DNA of 64,000 nucleotides from Candidatus Obscuribacterales bacterium (GTDB lineage: Bacteria > Cyanobacteriota > Vampirovibrionia > Obscuribacterales > Obscuribacteraceae): the NCBI GenBank assembly GCA_965228855.1, contig CBDDIJ010000002.1, positions 320,001 through 384,000 on the forward strand, written 5' to 3'. The first letter of the stretch is position 1, and each line of letters starts with the position of its first letter. The notes under the pieces were generated by a model. It made no database searches. It was not told the origin of the DNA and saw only the letters and a program-made list of their open reading frames with translations. Made by a program: the position numbers and the translations under genes. Shown here piece after piece: positions 41,064 through 50,982 of this stretch.

Positions 41064-41528
41064 ACCGCCGATGGTGTCACTCGAATTTCAAGGCGCGCAA
41101 ACGGTTTAGCAAACAGAGTCAAAAACGCTCACAGTATGAGCGTTTGATAAGGTTGAAAAGAGGTCTTAGCGCAAGCTCGGTGAGGTCACGTTCAGCTTGA
41201 TTTGCACGAGCGCGCTTCAAACTTCAAAATATACGTTATCTAAGAAACGCGGGAAGTAAGAGAGCACGGACTGAAGCAGAAAGCCAAGGCTGAGAGCTAT
41301 CTTTGAATTTTCTACGCGATAAGTTCTAGGGTCCGTTGTCCCCTATCAAATCCGCGTGAGATTGCCAAACCACCAGAAAGTCCGCCTTGTAGCCCTTCCG
41401 CATCCCTGTTCAGCTGACGCTCAGGTTTTTCCTGGACGGTAGTTGCTCAGTGCAGATATTGAGCGCAACTGGCTGGCGCTGGCAATCGACGCGAATTCAA
41501 ACCTAAACCGCAAGGAGATTCTTGCTAA

Positions 41529-42533
41529 ATGTCTCTTGAAATTTGGAAGGACATCCTGGAATACGGACGTTGGGCGCCGTCGCCGCACAACATCCAATCC
41601 TGGCGTTTCCGGCTGGAAGCGGACGAGTCGTGCACGCTGCTGTACGATCCGACGCGCCTCCTGCCCGACACCGACCCGACTGGTCGCTTCTGCACCGTCG
41701 GCTTCGGCATTCTCCTCGAGATGCTCTCCATTGCAGCCGCTCCGCACGGGCTGGCAGTGAAGACCGACTACATCACGCGACATCTGGACCCTAACGTTCC
41801 AGGTGCCACGCCCTTCGCCCGACTCACACTCGTGCCGCGCGAAGACAAGGAAAAGCTCGACCGCCAGCTCATTCTCGACCGTCGCACCTCGCGACTGCCG
41901 TACGACGAGGTGCCGGTTTCCGACTCGGTTCTGAATGAACTCGCGGCAGTCGCCGACGGTTTCGGCCACAAACTCGAGTTCTCCTCTGACCCCAAAGAAG
42001 TGGCTTGGGTTGTGCGTCTCAACGCCGACACCATGTTCTTCGACATGTCGGACCCGGTCGCGCGCAACGAGGTCGGCGGCTGGATACGCTTCAGCTACGC
42101 CGAAGCCAAACGTCGCGCCGATGGTCTGGCGGCCTACGCCATGCACTTTCCGGGGCTGCTCATGAAGCTCTTCGTGCATGCCAACTACCTCTTCCGCATC
42201 CCCGGCATCTACCAGGGAGTGCGCTGGTTCTACGAGCGGAGCATGCGCGGCACGCGCACTGTCGCCTGGCTCTCCGGTCCATTCGAGAAGCACGAAGACT
42301 GGGACAACACCGGGCGGATGATGGCGCGGCTCTGGCTCACCATGACGAAGCACGGTGTTTACCTGCACCCGTTCGGGTCGGTGATCACGAATCCGAAGGC
42401 GCATGCGCGTCTCGCGGAGCACTTCGACGACGGCACACGCAAGCACGACCTCTGGCTGCTTCTGCGGCTCGGGCACAGCGACTTGCCTCCGTCGGCTCAA
42501 CGTCTCACCCTCGAGCAGCTGCTCGAGAAGTAG
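41529..42533 (+). CDS. Acg-like nitroreductase-family protein
   Basis: WAPSPHNIQSWRF, DPTGR, ILDRRTSRLPY, GRMMARLWL, LLLRLG. Confidence 0.75.
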   Translation: MSLEIWKDILEYGRWAPSPHNIQSWRFRLEADESCTLLYDPTRLLPDTDPTGRFCTVGFGILLEMLSIAAAPHGLAVKTDYITRHLDPNVPGATPFARLTLVPREDKEKLDRQLILDRRTSRLPYDEVPVSDSVLNELAAVADGFGHKLEFSSDPKEVAWVVRLNADTMFFDMSDPVARNEVGGWIRFSYAEAKRRADGLAAYAMHFPGLLMKLFVHANYLFRIPGIYQGVRWFYERSMRGTRTVAWLSGPFEKHEDWDNTGRMMARLWLTMTKHGVYLHPFGSVITNPKAHARLAEHFDDGTRKHDLWLLLRLGHSDLPPSAQRLTLEQLLEK

Positions 42534-42579
42534 GCGGTCAGCTCATTTCGAAATGGAACTCTCAAAGGAGAAATTCAAA

Positions 42580-44133
42580 ATGCGGAAGCATCTGATCTTC
42601 GCATTCGTCGTCTTCGCAGCGTTCGTTCGCTCGCTGCTCGAGAAAACCGACCTGGGATACAAGCTTCTGTTCCTGCCAGGAACAGGCGGGTTCCGCACTG
42701 TGATGGGACTCTGGAAAGCCTGGTACACCTTCGAGAAGGCGCGCAAGGAGTGCCCGGCCTATGAGGACTTCTGTCGGAAAAACAGCTGCGAGGTCACGCT
42801 CGACGGCTGGATTCCGGACTTCTCGAAAGTCGTGCCGATCGACAAGCCGAACTTCATCAAGGTCTACGACATGGCTTCGCGCTGCATCGGCGGCAAGATC
42901 CCGACCCGTGGAGCAGTCATCGACCAATCCTCCGGCTCCACCGGCAAGCCCACCAACTGGGTGCGGGGAGACGCGGAACGTCGAGCGGTCGCGCGCACCA
43001 TGCAGCTCGCACTGCGCGAGTTCGTCGGTCGCGACAAGAAGATTCTCTTCGTTAACGCTTTCGCGCTTGGTCCCTGGGCGACCGGGATGTGCGTCAGCTA
43101 CTCGATCTCCGACGAATGCCTGCTCATCTCGACCGGTCCCGACATCGACAAGATCATCGGCACGCTCGAGGACTTCGGCTCGGAAGGCTGGCTCTACGTT
43201 ATCTCGGGATACCCACCCTTCCTCAAGATGCTCGCGGACTCGAAGCGGCTCGACTGGAGCAAGTACCAGGCGATCGGCTTCTACGGCGGAGAGGGCATGT
43301 CGGAAGGCATGCGCAGCTACCTGATGGGCACGTTCAAAGAGGTCTACGGCGACTACGGCGCCAGCGACCTCGAGATCAACATCGGCGCGGAGAACGCTTT
43401 CACGGTCGCCGTGCGGCGTCTCATGGTTTCCAACGAGAAGCTCCGCCGGCGCATCAATGCGCCGCTGTCGCAACTCAAAGGACTGGAGCGGGTTCAGGAC
43501 CACCTGCCGCACATCTTCCAGTACAACCAGCTCGATTATGTCGTCGAGACGAACGCCGAAGGCGAGCTTGTCATCACGCTCACGCGCTCGACGAATGTCT
43601 CGCCGAGAATCAAGTACAACATCCACGACAACGGTCATGTGATGTCGTACGGCGAGCTGTGCCGCATGCTTGAAGCCGAGGGCATCAGCGTGAGCTCGCT
43701 TCCGCCGGCGATTGCCAATCTGCCGATCATGCTGCACTACGGTCGCTCGGACCTCGCAGCCTCGTACTACGGCTGCAAGATTCCGCCGACCGACATCGAG
43801 AAGATCTGCTTTGAGATTCCGGAGCTGGCAAAGATCTTCAACTCGTTCCGTCTGATCACGAGCGAGGACGCCGAGCACAACAAGCACCTGGAACTCGCCA
43901 TCGAACTCGGCGACGGGCAGCCCATCCCGGCCACCGCCGATGCCGAAGCGATCGAGAAGCGCGTGTTCGAGCTGCTCATGCACCACAACCAGGACTACCG
44001 CGAGTCGTCGCGCATCGCGGCGCAGAAAGGCATCTACGCCAAGGTGGTCTTCTACGGTTTCCGCCAGGGACCGTTCGTGGGCTCCGACATCCGCCTCAAG
44101 AACAAGTACACCGAAGAAGGCGGCAAGAAGTAA
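42580..44133 (+). CDS. PaaK/CapK-like adenylate-forming ligase
   Basis: SSGSTGKPT, SGYPPFL, GGEGMS, DYGASDL, IKYNIHD; AAGGAG before ATG 42580. Confidence 0.8.
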   Translation: MRKHLIFAFVVFAAFVRSLLEKTDLGYKLLFLPGTGGFRTVMGLWKAWYTFEKARKECPAYEDFCRKNSCEVTLDGWIPDFSKVVPIDKPNFIKVYDMASRCIGGKIPTRGAVIDQSSGSTGKPTNWVRGDAERRAVARTMQLALREFVGRDKKILFVNAFALGPWATGMCVSYSISDECLLISTGPDIDKIIGTLEDFGSEGWLYVISGYPPFLKMLADSKRLDWSKYQAIGFYGGEGMSEGMRSYLMGTFKEVYGDYGASDLEINIGAENAFTVAVRRLMVSNEKLRRRINAPLSQLKGLERVQDHLPHIFQYNQLDYVVETNAEGELVITLTRSTNVSPRIKYNIHDNGHVMSYGELCRMLEAEGISVSSLPPAIANLPIMLHYGRSDLAASYYGCKIPPTDIEKICFEIPELAKIFNSFRLITSEDAEHNKHLELAIELGDGQPIPATADAEAIEKRVFELLMHHNQDYRESSRIAAQKGIYAKVVFYGFRQGPFVGSDIRLKNKYTEEGGKK

Positions 44134-44230
44134 GCACCGCCTGCGGTGCCGGCAATGTTTTCCGGATGGCGAGGTCAACGCGATTTGACCTCGCCGACCA
44201 TTCTCTGCTCCAGGGTCTGAACCTGGCTCC

Positions 44231-44280
44231 GTCAATCCAGCAGCGACGGTTTTAGCGAATTCCGTCGCTGTCTCATTGAT
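44231..44280. repeat. 50-bp palindrome, GTCAAT subtype
   Basis: GTCAAT-CCAGCAG-CGACGGT-TTTAGCGAAT-TCCGTCG-CTGTCTC-ATTGAT, ending 44 bp before the next ATG. Confidence 0.85.
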
Positions 44281-44323
44281 GGACGGTCTCGTTCAACACA
44301 CCGATTGTTCGAAAAGGAACGAT

Positions 44324-45448
44324 ATGAAAAACTTCGATTCCATGGCCGCGCACGTAAGCGCTCCGCTCATGCGAGCGCGCGCGCGGCTCTATCAAGTCTC
44401 CGGCGGCAGCCCGCTTTCCGGAGATGTTCGTGCGGCGCGCCTGACCACGGCACAGCGCATCGAGTACTTCAAATCTTCGGAGTTCCGAGATTGGGTCGCC
44501 TACGAGAAGTCCTTTGGACGCCAGGTTTTCTGGCTCAAGGACGTCGACAAGACGCAAGCATCGGGCGACATTTTCACATTCTTCTTCAAGTGGCGCGCCG
44601 ACAATGGCAAGTTCACGAAGCCGCAACTCAACGCGGTTTCGCAATACCTGCTGAAACGCCAGAGCCTGGCAAGCGCGGCCGGCGTGCGCATCACCCATGG
44701 TGCCCTCGCCCTGGTCAACGGCTTCGGCGCGGCGATCAAACCGCCCGCCTTCGCCGACCTCAGCCCCTACGAGGTGCTGCGCCTCTGGGATAGCAAGGAG
44801 CGCGGCGGCAGCGGCATCGGCTTGCTGGACTTCTGGGCGCAGGTCTACTGGCCGTCGCAACGCGGTCTGACTCGCGAAGAGAAGCTTCGGCAAGTCCAGG
44901 CGTTCGCACCGACATACGCGGACCGCGTCTATCCGGGTGTCAAGGAAGAGAATCTGGCGCTGACTGACGCGGGCGTCGAGGTTGTGATCGTCACGAACGG
45001 CGACCAGGAGCTAGCCACAGCGGCGGCGCCGTACATGGGCATCAAGCCCGAGAATGTCGTGGGCTCACACCTCATCTATGAAGGCGAAGAGTCCACCGGC
45101 GAAAATCACGCCTACGAAATCTTCGCAGAGGATTGGGCAGAGCGTCCGCAGCCAGGCAAGCCGCTGAGCTTCCACTACTGGATCTACATCAACCGGTCGC
45201 GCTGGGGCTGGGACCACCTGGACGAACATCTGATCCTCATCGCCGGGCGCGATGGCGACTCGGCTTCGTCCGACGGCGGCATGATGATTTTCCTGCCCAC
45301 GCCTGCGATCGGCAACTTCATGGTCGACACGCCCGGCGAGCCAGCCAGGCTGCAAAAGTTCCATTCCGTGACCTCGAAGTACGGATGGACGCGCGGTCAG
45401 TTCTTCACGCTCGTGCAGGAGCAGTCGAAACTCGGCGCCAAGCCTTAA
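44324..45448 (+). CDS. HAD-superfamily (SerB-like) hydrolase
   Basis: DVDKT, IVTNG, GKP, GDSASSD motifs I-IV. Confidence 0.65.
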   Translation: MKNFDSMAAHVSAPLMRARARLYQVSGGSPLSGDVRAARLTTAQRIEYFKSSEFRDWVAYEKSFGRQVFWLKDVDKTQASGDIFTFFFKWRADNGKFTKPQLNAVSQYLLKRQSLASAAGVRITHGALALVNGFGAAIKPPAFADLSPYEVLRLWDSKERGGSGIGLLDFWAQVYWPSQRGLTREEKLRQVQAFAPTYADRVYPGVKEENLALTDAGVEVVIVTNGDQELATAAAPYMGIKPENVVGSHLIYEGEESTGENHAYEIFAEDWAERPQPGKPLSFHYWIYINRSRWGWDHLDEHLILIAGRDGDSASSDGGMMIFLPTPAIGNFMVDTPGEPARLQKFHSVTSKYGWTRGQFFTLVQEQSKLGAKP

Positions 45449-45561
45449 CGTCTGCTGCGTTTGGATTTAAACCGTTTGAGCCCACGGCTCAGCGCGTTTA
45501 ATTGTCGGGGAGGTGATACTGGCAAATCGCCACGTCACCTCCCTCGGCTTCCACAGCCCGC

Positions 45562-45798
45562 CTACTATATTCTTCCGTATCGTTCAAACGAGCACATCGA
45601 CTGCCCAGTCACGGTTTTCGCGGATCATTCAAGTTCATCCTCCGGAAGAAGGCTGTGTTTGTCTACGACAGAATGCCGGATTTCGCCAAAAGCGTCATTC
45701 CAGGATAGACAAAATGACTTACGGCTTTTACATAACAACCGCTAAACCAGCGCCATTGGGCATCCCGAGACCATCACAGAAACGATATCCTATAGTAG
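45562..45798. repeat. composite element between convergent genes: CTACTATA, palindrome 45661-45710, TATAGTAG
   Basis: Boxes 99 and 88 bp from the palindrome. Confidence 0.85.
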
Positions 45799-45856
45799 CT
45801 AATTCGACAGGAGAAACCGGCTCGGAGAGCCGGTTTCGGAGAGAGCGAGAGAGTGG

Positions 45857-46204
45857 TCAGTCGAACTCGCTCGCGGGACGCGGCGGGACCGGACCCATCG
45901 TGACATAGAGCACGATGTTCGCGACCAGGGCGAAAACGATCGCGCCGACGCAGGCGAGAGCCGCGGTGCCGATCGAGGGAGCGGCGAAGCAGCAGAACAG
46001 CGCCCAGATGCCGCCGAAGATGCCGGCACCGATCAGGGCGTCACCGTCCTGGTAGCGACCGGTGCGGAACGCATCCTGAATCTCCCAGGCGGTGCCGCCG
46101 AAGAGACCGACGAAGTAGGTCGTCATCGCGATGAGAAAGAGCCCGAGCACCGACATGCCGGCGTAATAGAGCAGATTGAGGATGCCTTCGATGATCCAGT
46201 ACAT
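45857..46204 (-). CDS. small membrane protein
   Basis: Three hydrophobic segments; AGGAAGG upstream. Confidence 0.6.
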   Translation of the reverse strand: MYWIIEGILNLLYYAGMSVLGLFLIAMTTYFVGLFGGTAWEIQDAFRTGRYQDGDALIGAGIFGGIWALFCCFAAPSIGTAALACVGAIVFALVANIVLYVTMGPVPPRPASEFD

Positions 46205-46349
46205 GACAAAATTCCTTCCTGTCATAGCTTGTGAAATTCGGCAGGCTGAAGGAGTTTAAAACCCCATCGCCCACCAGCGGACCGACACCACTTGTAGTAT
46301 CAACACAAGTGGTGCCGGTTTGTGGCTCATTCACGAACCACCAGCTTTG

Positions 46350-46841
46350 CTACCCCTCACTTTCGGGAGTGGCAGTCTTTCCGGGACAGCCGACGCATGT
46401 GCAGGTTGCACAAACACGCGGGCAAGCCGAATCGGTTTCGTCAGGCGAACCGTTCGACCCAGTCGCAACGGGAGAAGCAGCGGTCTCCTCAACGGCTTTC
46501 GCCGAGCGAGCGCGGTCTCTGGCCGTTGCGCGCTGCCAGTCTCGAGCGCGGACTAGCGCCGAGTCGGCAGAACCACGCGTGCGCGCGGTCGTGACGGGAG
46601 CGTCGGCAGTCGACACCTCCGAAGATTCGCCTGCACCATCAGCGGTGGCACTGATATTGCCGGCGGCGATCTCCTCATTCAAGATCTTGTAGAACAGCTC
46701 TTTGGCCTGGCGACCGCAGATACCACACTGGGTGGCAAGTCCGGTCGTTTTCGCCATTTGAGCGAACGTCTTCACCTTGCCGGACCGGATGAGAGCGCGC
46801 ATGGCTCCGTCGGTCACGGCGTGACAGCTGCAGATATACAT
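46350..46841 (-). CDS. Bfd-like [2Fe-2S] protein with Ala-rich linker and Cys-rich tail
   Basis: MYICSCHAVTD...TQCGIC; tail CPRVCATCTCVGC; AGGAGG RBS. Confidence 0.7.
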   Translation of the reverse strand: MYICSCHAVTDGAMRALIRSGKVKTFAQMAKTTGLATQCGICGRQAKELFYKILNEEIAAGNISATADGAGESSEVSTADAPVTTARTRGSADSALVRARDWQRATARDRARSAKAVEETAASPVATGSNGSPDETDSACPRVCATCTCVGCPGKTATPESEG

Positions 46842-47165
46842 CGTGACCTCCTTTCGGTCATGAGCACCGAATTAAATCCGGCATGGTTGTTGGTGTTTGA
46901 AAGAAGCGCGAGTGGCGTCTTCGCAGGTCGACGCGCACAGCCGTTCAAGCTGATGCACGCCGCATGGTGGCGCCGACTTGCTTCTTCTATTTTTCTTGGA
47001 AGTCGGGAGCCGTCGCGAGGGAAACCGAGGCGGACAGCGCCTGCGGTTTCCACCTCACAGGAAGCGAGGGTGCCGGCACAGCTGGGTTTCAGGGACGAAA
47101 CCCAGAGCGTCGGCAGCGACGATATTGAACCGGCTACGTTCCCGGCGTACCGGCAGGTGCCTGGT

Positions 47166-48017
47166 TTAGAGGCACTCGGGTCCGAACGAGTCGGGCAGGG
47201 CGGCGTCGAGCGTGGTGCGCACGACGGTCTTGTCGGTGCCGACGTAGAGAATCTCGGCGGTCAGACCACCGAACTCGCGCAGCACTTGCAGGCATTCGCC
47301 GTCGATCGGGTCAGCACCCGCGACAGCAAGCTTGCTGACGTTGGTGTAACCGGCGCTCACGGCGGCGAAGATGGCGGCGCGCTCGGCGCTGACACTGCCG
47401 CCGTAGCTGGCGTTGTCGATCTGGGCGCCGGCGAAACGACGACGGTCACCCGACTTGTTCGCTGCCACGACGACGGCGCCGCGCGGCTGCTGCGAGTACG
47501 GGACGTGCGACTTGCCGACCATGCCGAGGACGCGGTCGACGATCTGGCGCTCCGTGTAGTGCAGACCGGCGTAGGCTTCCGCATTCGCGGTCGGTCCGGG
47601 CAGCAGGTCGGCGACGGTGGCGCGCAGCACGTTGCTCTCGCGATCGCAGATGTTGAGCAGAACGGCGTCGCCGCCGAACTGTCGCAACACCTGACGGCAG
47701 AGCCCGCACGGCGAACCGCCGGGGTGCTTGGCGCAGACGACGGCGACCGCGCGGAAGCGCGTGTAGCCCTGCTCGACAGCAGTCGTGGCCGCGTTGCGCT
47801 CGGCGCAGATGGTCGCGGCGAAGGAAGCGTTCTCGACGTTGCAACCGCTGAACAGCTTGGTCTCGCCCTTGCCGTTCTCCGCGAAGATCGCGGCGCCGAC
47901 AGGGAAGTTCGACCGGAAGCAGTGCGCGTTCTCGGAAGAACGCCAGGCGGCCTCGACGCACAGTGCTTCGACGGCGGTGAGGTCAGCCTTCTTGGTGAAA
48001 ACTCCGAGTGTGCTCAT
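47166..48017 (-). CDS. cdd: cytidine deaminase with two tandem CDA domains
   Basis: Domain 1: SNFPVGAA, GCNVENAS, CAERNA, PCGLCRQ; domain 2: PYS, SAERAA, DGECLQ. Confidence 0.8.
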   Translation of the reverse strand: MSTLGVFTKKADLTAVEALCVEAAWRSSENAHCFRSNFPVGAAIFAENGKGETKLFSGCNVENASFAATICAERNAATTAVEQGYTRFRAVAVVCAKHPGGSPCGLCRQVLRQFGGDAVLLNICDRESNVLRATVADLLPGPTANAEAYAGLHYTERQIVDRVLGMVGKSHVPYSQQPRGAVVVAANKSGDRRRFAGAQIDNASYGGSVSAERAAIFAAVSAGYTNVSKLAVAGADPIDGECLQVLREFGGLTAEILYVGTDKTVVRTTLDAALPDSFGPECL

Positions 48018-48595
48018 ATTGTGCCTTTCGAAAGTTTGCAGAAACAGCCCTTTGGGGTGAAGCGCGCGCCAAGTGGGCTTGTAACCCGGCGCGTGCACCT
48101 TATGGTTTCAGCCAGCCCAAGCAATCGATTCGCCGCCCAGACCCATCTCCGTGTCCCACCACCGCATAATGTGCGAAGAGGCAGGGGAGGATTGCGTCTG
48201 TTTTTCGGTGGGCGGGTTCTCGAATGCAGTGAGTGAGGCAAGTACAAATCTTTGGTATCAAAAAGATGACAGCCGAGACAATCACCGCGAGCATTAGTAT
48301 TTGGAAATAAGAACTTTCGCGCATCATGAACCGAATGTGAAAAGAGCCGAATTCTTGATCAGTTCTACTGCGACCACGCGCGTGATAAAGCTCCGCGCAC
48401 CTAGCGCTAGCTCGCTTGTAAAGAGGATCGTTACACAGTAACCATGCGTAACCTCCCCTGTCGAAAAACCATCCGAGCTGGCACAACATCGTGATATTTT
48501 GCCATTTCACACAAAGCTCTTCACCTGCATACTTTCTCAGGAGCTAAACCGTTTACAGCCTCGCACCGCATACGGTGCACAGATGTCTCGCCAAA

Positions 48596-48886
48596 ACCGT
48601 CGCTCTCTCATTGACAGGGCTTGAGACTCATTTATGACAAGCTCGGATGCCTTGCCTCGCAGGTCTTTATCAATTAAACTGTTCGCTATGAAAGGCTCCG
48701 CTTTCGCGTAGAAGCCTTTCATCCTTTTTCAAATGAAACGGACTGTCTTTGTCTATCCTACGATGCCGGAATTCGGAAATTTCGTCGCTCTCCGATAGCC
48801 AAAAAAACTCTCCGCCTCGAAGCGATCCGGAGAACCCCGACCGCATCAAGGTTTCCGGAATCCACTTTTCCTATGTTTTATAGTAG
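48596..48886. repeat. half palindrome (48596-48615, ATTGAC type), full palindrome (48751-48800), TATAGTAG (48879-48886)
   Basis: GTCTAT-CCTACGA-TGCCGGA-ATTCGGAAAT-TTCGTCG-CTCTCCG-ATAGCC; box 86 bp away. Confidence 0.8.
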
Positions 48887-48901
48887 CAAAGATCGAGAAA
48901 C

Positions 48902-48928
48902 GAAGCGCAAGCGGTGGGCTTGCGCTTC
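48902..48928 (-). terminator. hairpin after Tyr/Gly/Asn/Pro-rich gene
   Basis: GAAGCGCAAGC/GCTTGCGCTTC perfect 11-bp stem. Confidence 0.6.
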
Positions 48929-48979
48929 TACGGGTGGATGTTAATCCACTAACATCCATGCGACTCGGCTACGCGCCAC

Positions 48980-49303
48980 TCACCAGCCCCGCTGGGGGTA
49001 GCCAGGGTAGTAGCGCGGCGTGTTGTAGCGCGGGTAGTTGTACCGGTTGCCGTAAGGGTTCCCGTAGGGGCGGTTGTACGGATTGCCGTACGGGTTGTAG
49101 CGGTTGCCGTAAGGATTCCCGTAAGGGTAGCCGTACGGGTTTCCGTAGGGACGGTAGTACGGGCTGTACCGATAGTGCGGATTCCCGATATCGATGTGGA
49201 TGCCGCCGGGACCGACGTGAACGCCACCGGCTTGCGCCTGCGAAGCGCCGACGGAGAAGAAGAGGGCGACACCGACGATTGCGGACAGGATCATGGTCTT
49301 CAT
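48980..49303 (-). CDS. secreted low-complexity protein with PYGN repeats
   Basis: Signal peptide ending AQA, then repeated PYGNPYG/NRYN. Confidence 0.75.
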   Translation of the reverse strand: MKTMILSAIVGVALFFSVGASQAQAGGVHVGPGGIHIDIGNPHYRYSPYYRPYGNPYGYPYGNPYGNRYNPYGNPYNRPYGNPYGNRYNYPRYNTPRYYPGYPQRGW

Positions 49304-49828
49304 AGGTTTCTTTCGTTTGTTGTTGTTGTTCTGGAAAGAGCTTCTCGCCGAACCCCTCCGAAAACCGGCTCACGACCTGCCACTACGGTGCAGCAGAGAA
49401 AACGTGAGAAGAAAGCGTGCTTGTGTTTCTAGTTAGAGAATTCCGGAAAATCAGATAGGGTCGAGAAGTACACCGAGACTATCGATCCAACGACAGCAAC
49501 ACAAGGTTTGATTATTACATATAAAGGCAAAGGTTCATCGAAAGAAACGCTGATAACCAGGCACTCTTCGAAGGTTTCAATAATGCGAGCCGCTCGCAAC
49601 TGTTTCACTCCGGACGAAAAACATTCGCACATTCGGATCGGGTAGCTCGCCGCTTTGATATTGCAGAAAACTTTTTGATGCTTGGAAACACTGATAGGTT
49701 CGGCATTCCCGCCCCTATCGTAATTTTCCCATGAAAACGGTACAGAATGTTCACACAATATCCCTAGGGTATTCGTGTCGGGACTCCGCAATATCAATCC
49801 CGATTCGAGTCAAACAAAAGGTTGGGTT

Positions 49829-50713
49829 ATGGTCATGGTTAAAACTGCACTTCCGCAAGAGCTTTCAAATCTAATCGGCGAGTACGAGCGCAGCCTCAAT
49901 AGTAAGGAATTCTCCGCTCACACGAAGCGCGCCTATATCTCAAGAAACAAAAAATTTCTTTCCTACCTACATGAGTCCGAGGGAATCTCCTCGATGACGA
50001 ACTTCGACAAAGGCTGGTCAGAAGTCATCAATAATTACAGAGAATTTCTCAAGAGCGAGCATCAAGCATCTCTGAATTCAATCAATAACAGCTTGACCGC
50101 AATCGAAGACATCTTTTCTTTCATCGGCGTCGACATGGGTCGGGTCGAGCGCGAAGCATGGCCGAAATCGACTCCGCGCTGTCTGACGCAGCATGAACAG
50201 GAGCTGTTCATAAACGCTGTTTACCGTACAAAATCGTCTAAAGATAAAGCGATTGTTCTACTGATTTTGTTTACCGGTATTAAAATCGGAGAATGCGCAT
50301 CGTTAGATATAGACGACATCTTCATCAGCGCACACACAGGTCGAATCACTGTAAAAGACGGTCGCATCATACCACTGAATACGGTGGCACGCCGGGCCCT
50401 TATTCAATGGCTTATCGACCGCCACAAAAAATTTGGCGAAACCGCTGAGCGCGCATTATTCCTCAATCCTCAAGGAAAACGTATTTCAACGGTCGGCATC
50501 GATCTTATCGTCCGCAAGATCGGACACAAGGCTCACCTCAATATCTCAGCACAAGTTCTTCGTGACACCTGCTTGAGCAACCTGGTGAGAAACGGAAACG
50601 ACCTCTTGCTCGTCGCACAGATCGGCGGACATAGAACGATTGAAACCACAAGACGCTATACCAGCTCCCGGAGCTTTGATGCTCACGAGGCGATGGAAGC
50701 GCTCGGTCACTAA
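49829..50713 (+). CDS. XerC/D-like tyrosine recombinase with non-canonical active site
   Basis: SAM-like N-domain; FTGIKIGE, SAQVLRDT, GGHRTIETTRRY. Confidence 0.8.
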   Translation: MVMVKTALPQELSNLIGEYERSLNSKEFSAHTKRAYISRNKKFLSYLHESEGISSMTNFDKGWSEVINNYREFLKSEHQASLNSINNSLTAIEDIFSFIGVDMGRVEREAWPKSTPRCLTQHEQELFINAVYRTKSSKDKAIVLLILFTGIKIGECASLDIDDIFISAHTGRITVKDGRIIPLNTVARRALIQWLIDRHKKFGETAERALFLNPQGKRISTVGIDLIVRKIGHKAHLNISAQVLRDTCLSNLVRNGNDLLLVAQIGGHRTIETTRRYTSSRSFDAHEAMEALGH

Positions 50714-50982
50714 ACCCAGTTTTCAAACCGCACACATAGTTCAAACCCACACCCAGTCAGGTCCGGCGAAGGTTATCCGATGCCGGACCTGCCTATTTGA
50801 ATCGCGCTTTCGCTGGCCGGCAGTACGTTACATCGCGGTCACCTCTAGCGCGAAAACAACTCCTGTGCAATAGTGGAATTAGAGGGGCGATAAAACCCTG
50901 ATGAACAGCCAACTGTTCCAAGTCCACAGATTTACGACGCCCCGGCGAGCTTACGGGCGGCGCAACAACAGCAGACGAAGCA

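Noticed and set aside
49829..50713. Prophage/ICE integrase or xerC/xerD assignment
   Set aside because: No phage, conjugation or tRNA att context, and the catalytic residues deviate, so no gene symbol was given.
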